Shown: piece by piece, positions 63,684 to 64,000 of the stretch
Numbering within the stretch: position 1 is the first letter of the stretch
How the letters are laid out: each line of letters begins with the position of its first letter
From: Chlamydiota bacterium
GTDB lineage: Bacteria; Chlamydiota; Chlamydiia; Chlamydiales; RGXB01
Direction of reading: 5' to 3'
Assembly (NCBI GenBank): GCA_947494155.1
Contig: CANLTW010000001.1
Coordinates: 84,231-148,230 of the forward strand
DNA: 64,000 nucleotides
Made by a program: the position numbers and the translations under genes
The notes under the pieces: generated by a model
Seen by the model: only the letters and a program-made list of their open reading frames with translations
What the model was told of the DNA's origin: nothing
Databases searched by the model: none

Positions 63684-64000
63684 ATGGCCAAAAGCTCCTT
63701 GCATAGAGACATTCAGCTTTTTTTATGCAACTACTACTCCGGTGAAGATCTTTTAATGGAAAAAAAATTCCCCTCAATTAAAAGGACGGCAGACCTGGTT
63801 TTACTCAAACAAAAAAAGGTCTTTGAGGTGCAGACCTCTTTAATAGGGATTAAAGAGCTTTTAGAGCGCGAAAGGGATTACCGCTCACTAGGGTATGAAA
63901 TTACCTGGCTCCTTTACGATAAAATTTTTTACTGTGAACCGCCGCTTCTAGTCACACGTGTTTTTTCTTCCAAAAACACCTATTATTTCTCGTTTCACAA
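63684..64000 (+). CDS. Partial CDS, CoiA-like / PD-(D/E)xK nuclease-like competence protein family (continues past the right edge)
   Basis: Hand-translated as MAKSSLHRDIQLFLCNYYSGEDLLMEKKFPSIKRTADLVLLKQKKVFEVQTSLIGIKELLERERDYRSLGYEITWLL. This follows the pattern H..., RxD(l/v), E-x-Q-xS and Y...G..v.W that I recall for CoiA-like proteins. Confidence 0.45.
   Translation, partial: MAKSSLHRDIQLFLCNYYSGEDLLMEKKFPSIKRTADLVLLKQKKVFEVQTSLIGIKELLERERDYRSLGYEITWLLYDKIFYCEPPLLVTRVFSSKNTYYFSFH

Noticed and set aside
1-64000. Scan for CRISPR arrays, IS elements or transposases, integrases, prophage genes, rRNA genes and toxin-antitoxin pairs.
   Set aside because: No spaced short direct repeats were found, and no transposase, integrase or phage-like translations appear in the ORF track. 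The only sizeable repeats are the rpoD-tRNA duplication and the mutL 21-mer. The YwqK-like label for the MORN protein is a family name only, and no toxin partner is present.

Overview
The window looks like chromosomal DNA from a member of the Chlamydiae, probably an environmental or amoeba-associated lineage. This rests on gene content and order as I recall them for chlamydial genomes: dnaB-mnmG(gidA)-lplA, sdhCAB-tatD-tolQ-tolR-tolA-like-tolB-pal, a gspD-E-F-G type II secretion operon, and membrane proteins with Inc-like bilobed hydrophobic domains. I could not run any search, so all product calls come from motifs read in the translated ORFs.

Coding density is high. Most of the window is housekeeping:
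- DNA repair and replication: mutL, mutY, dnaB.
- Translation: hisS, mnmG, rsmD, tRNA-Ser.
- Metabolism: sdhCAB, aspC, lplA.
- Envelope: Tol-Pal, mreC, a murI-like gene.

No CRISPR array, IS element, integrase or prophage was seen.

Items most worth a second look:
1. A tandem, patchily diverged duplication of a complete rpoD (major sigma) gene plus a trailing tRNA-Ala(GGC). The two copies have different 5' regions. One copy carries substitutions at conserved sigma positions and has a damaged tRNA partner.
2. A eukaryote-like GT17 glycosyltransferase next to tRNA-Ser with an in-frame G9 tract. A second glycosyltransferase-like gene carries a C8T8 tract.
3. A tandem pair of TagB/TagF-like putative phosphotransferases.
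4. A murI-like gene inside the Tol-Pal cluster whose second catalytic Cys is Ser.
5. An unlisted 30-codon lysine/arginine-rich ORF (bS22-like) between dnaB and mnmG.
6. An 11.6-kb T2SS operon that continues into genes for signal-peptide proteins, plus a satellite pseudopilin cluster about 42 kb away.
7. A receptor-type class III adenylate cyclase followed by a sensor-less histidine kinase.
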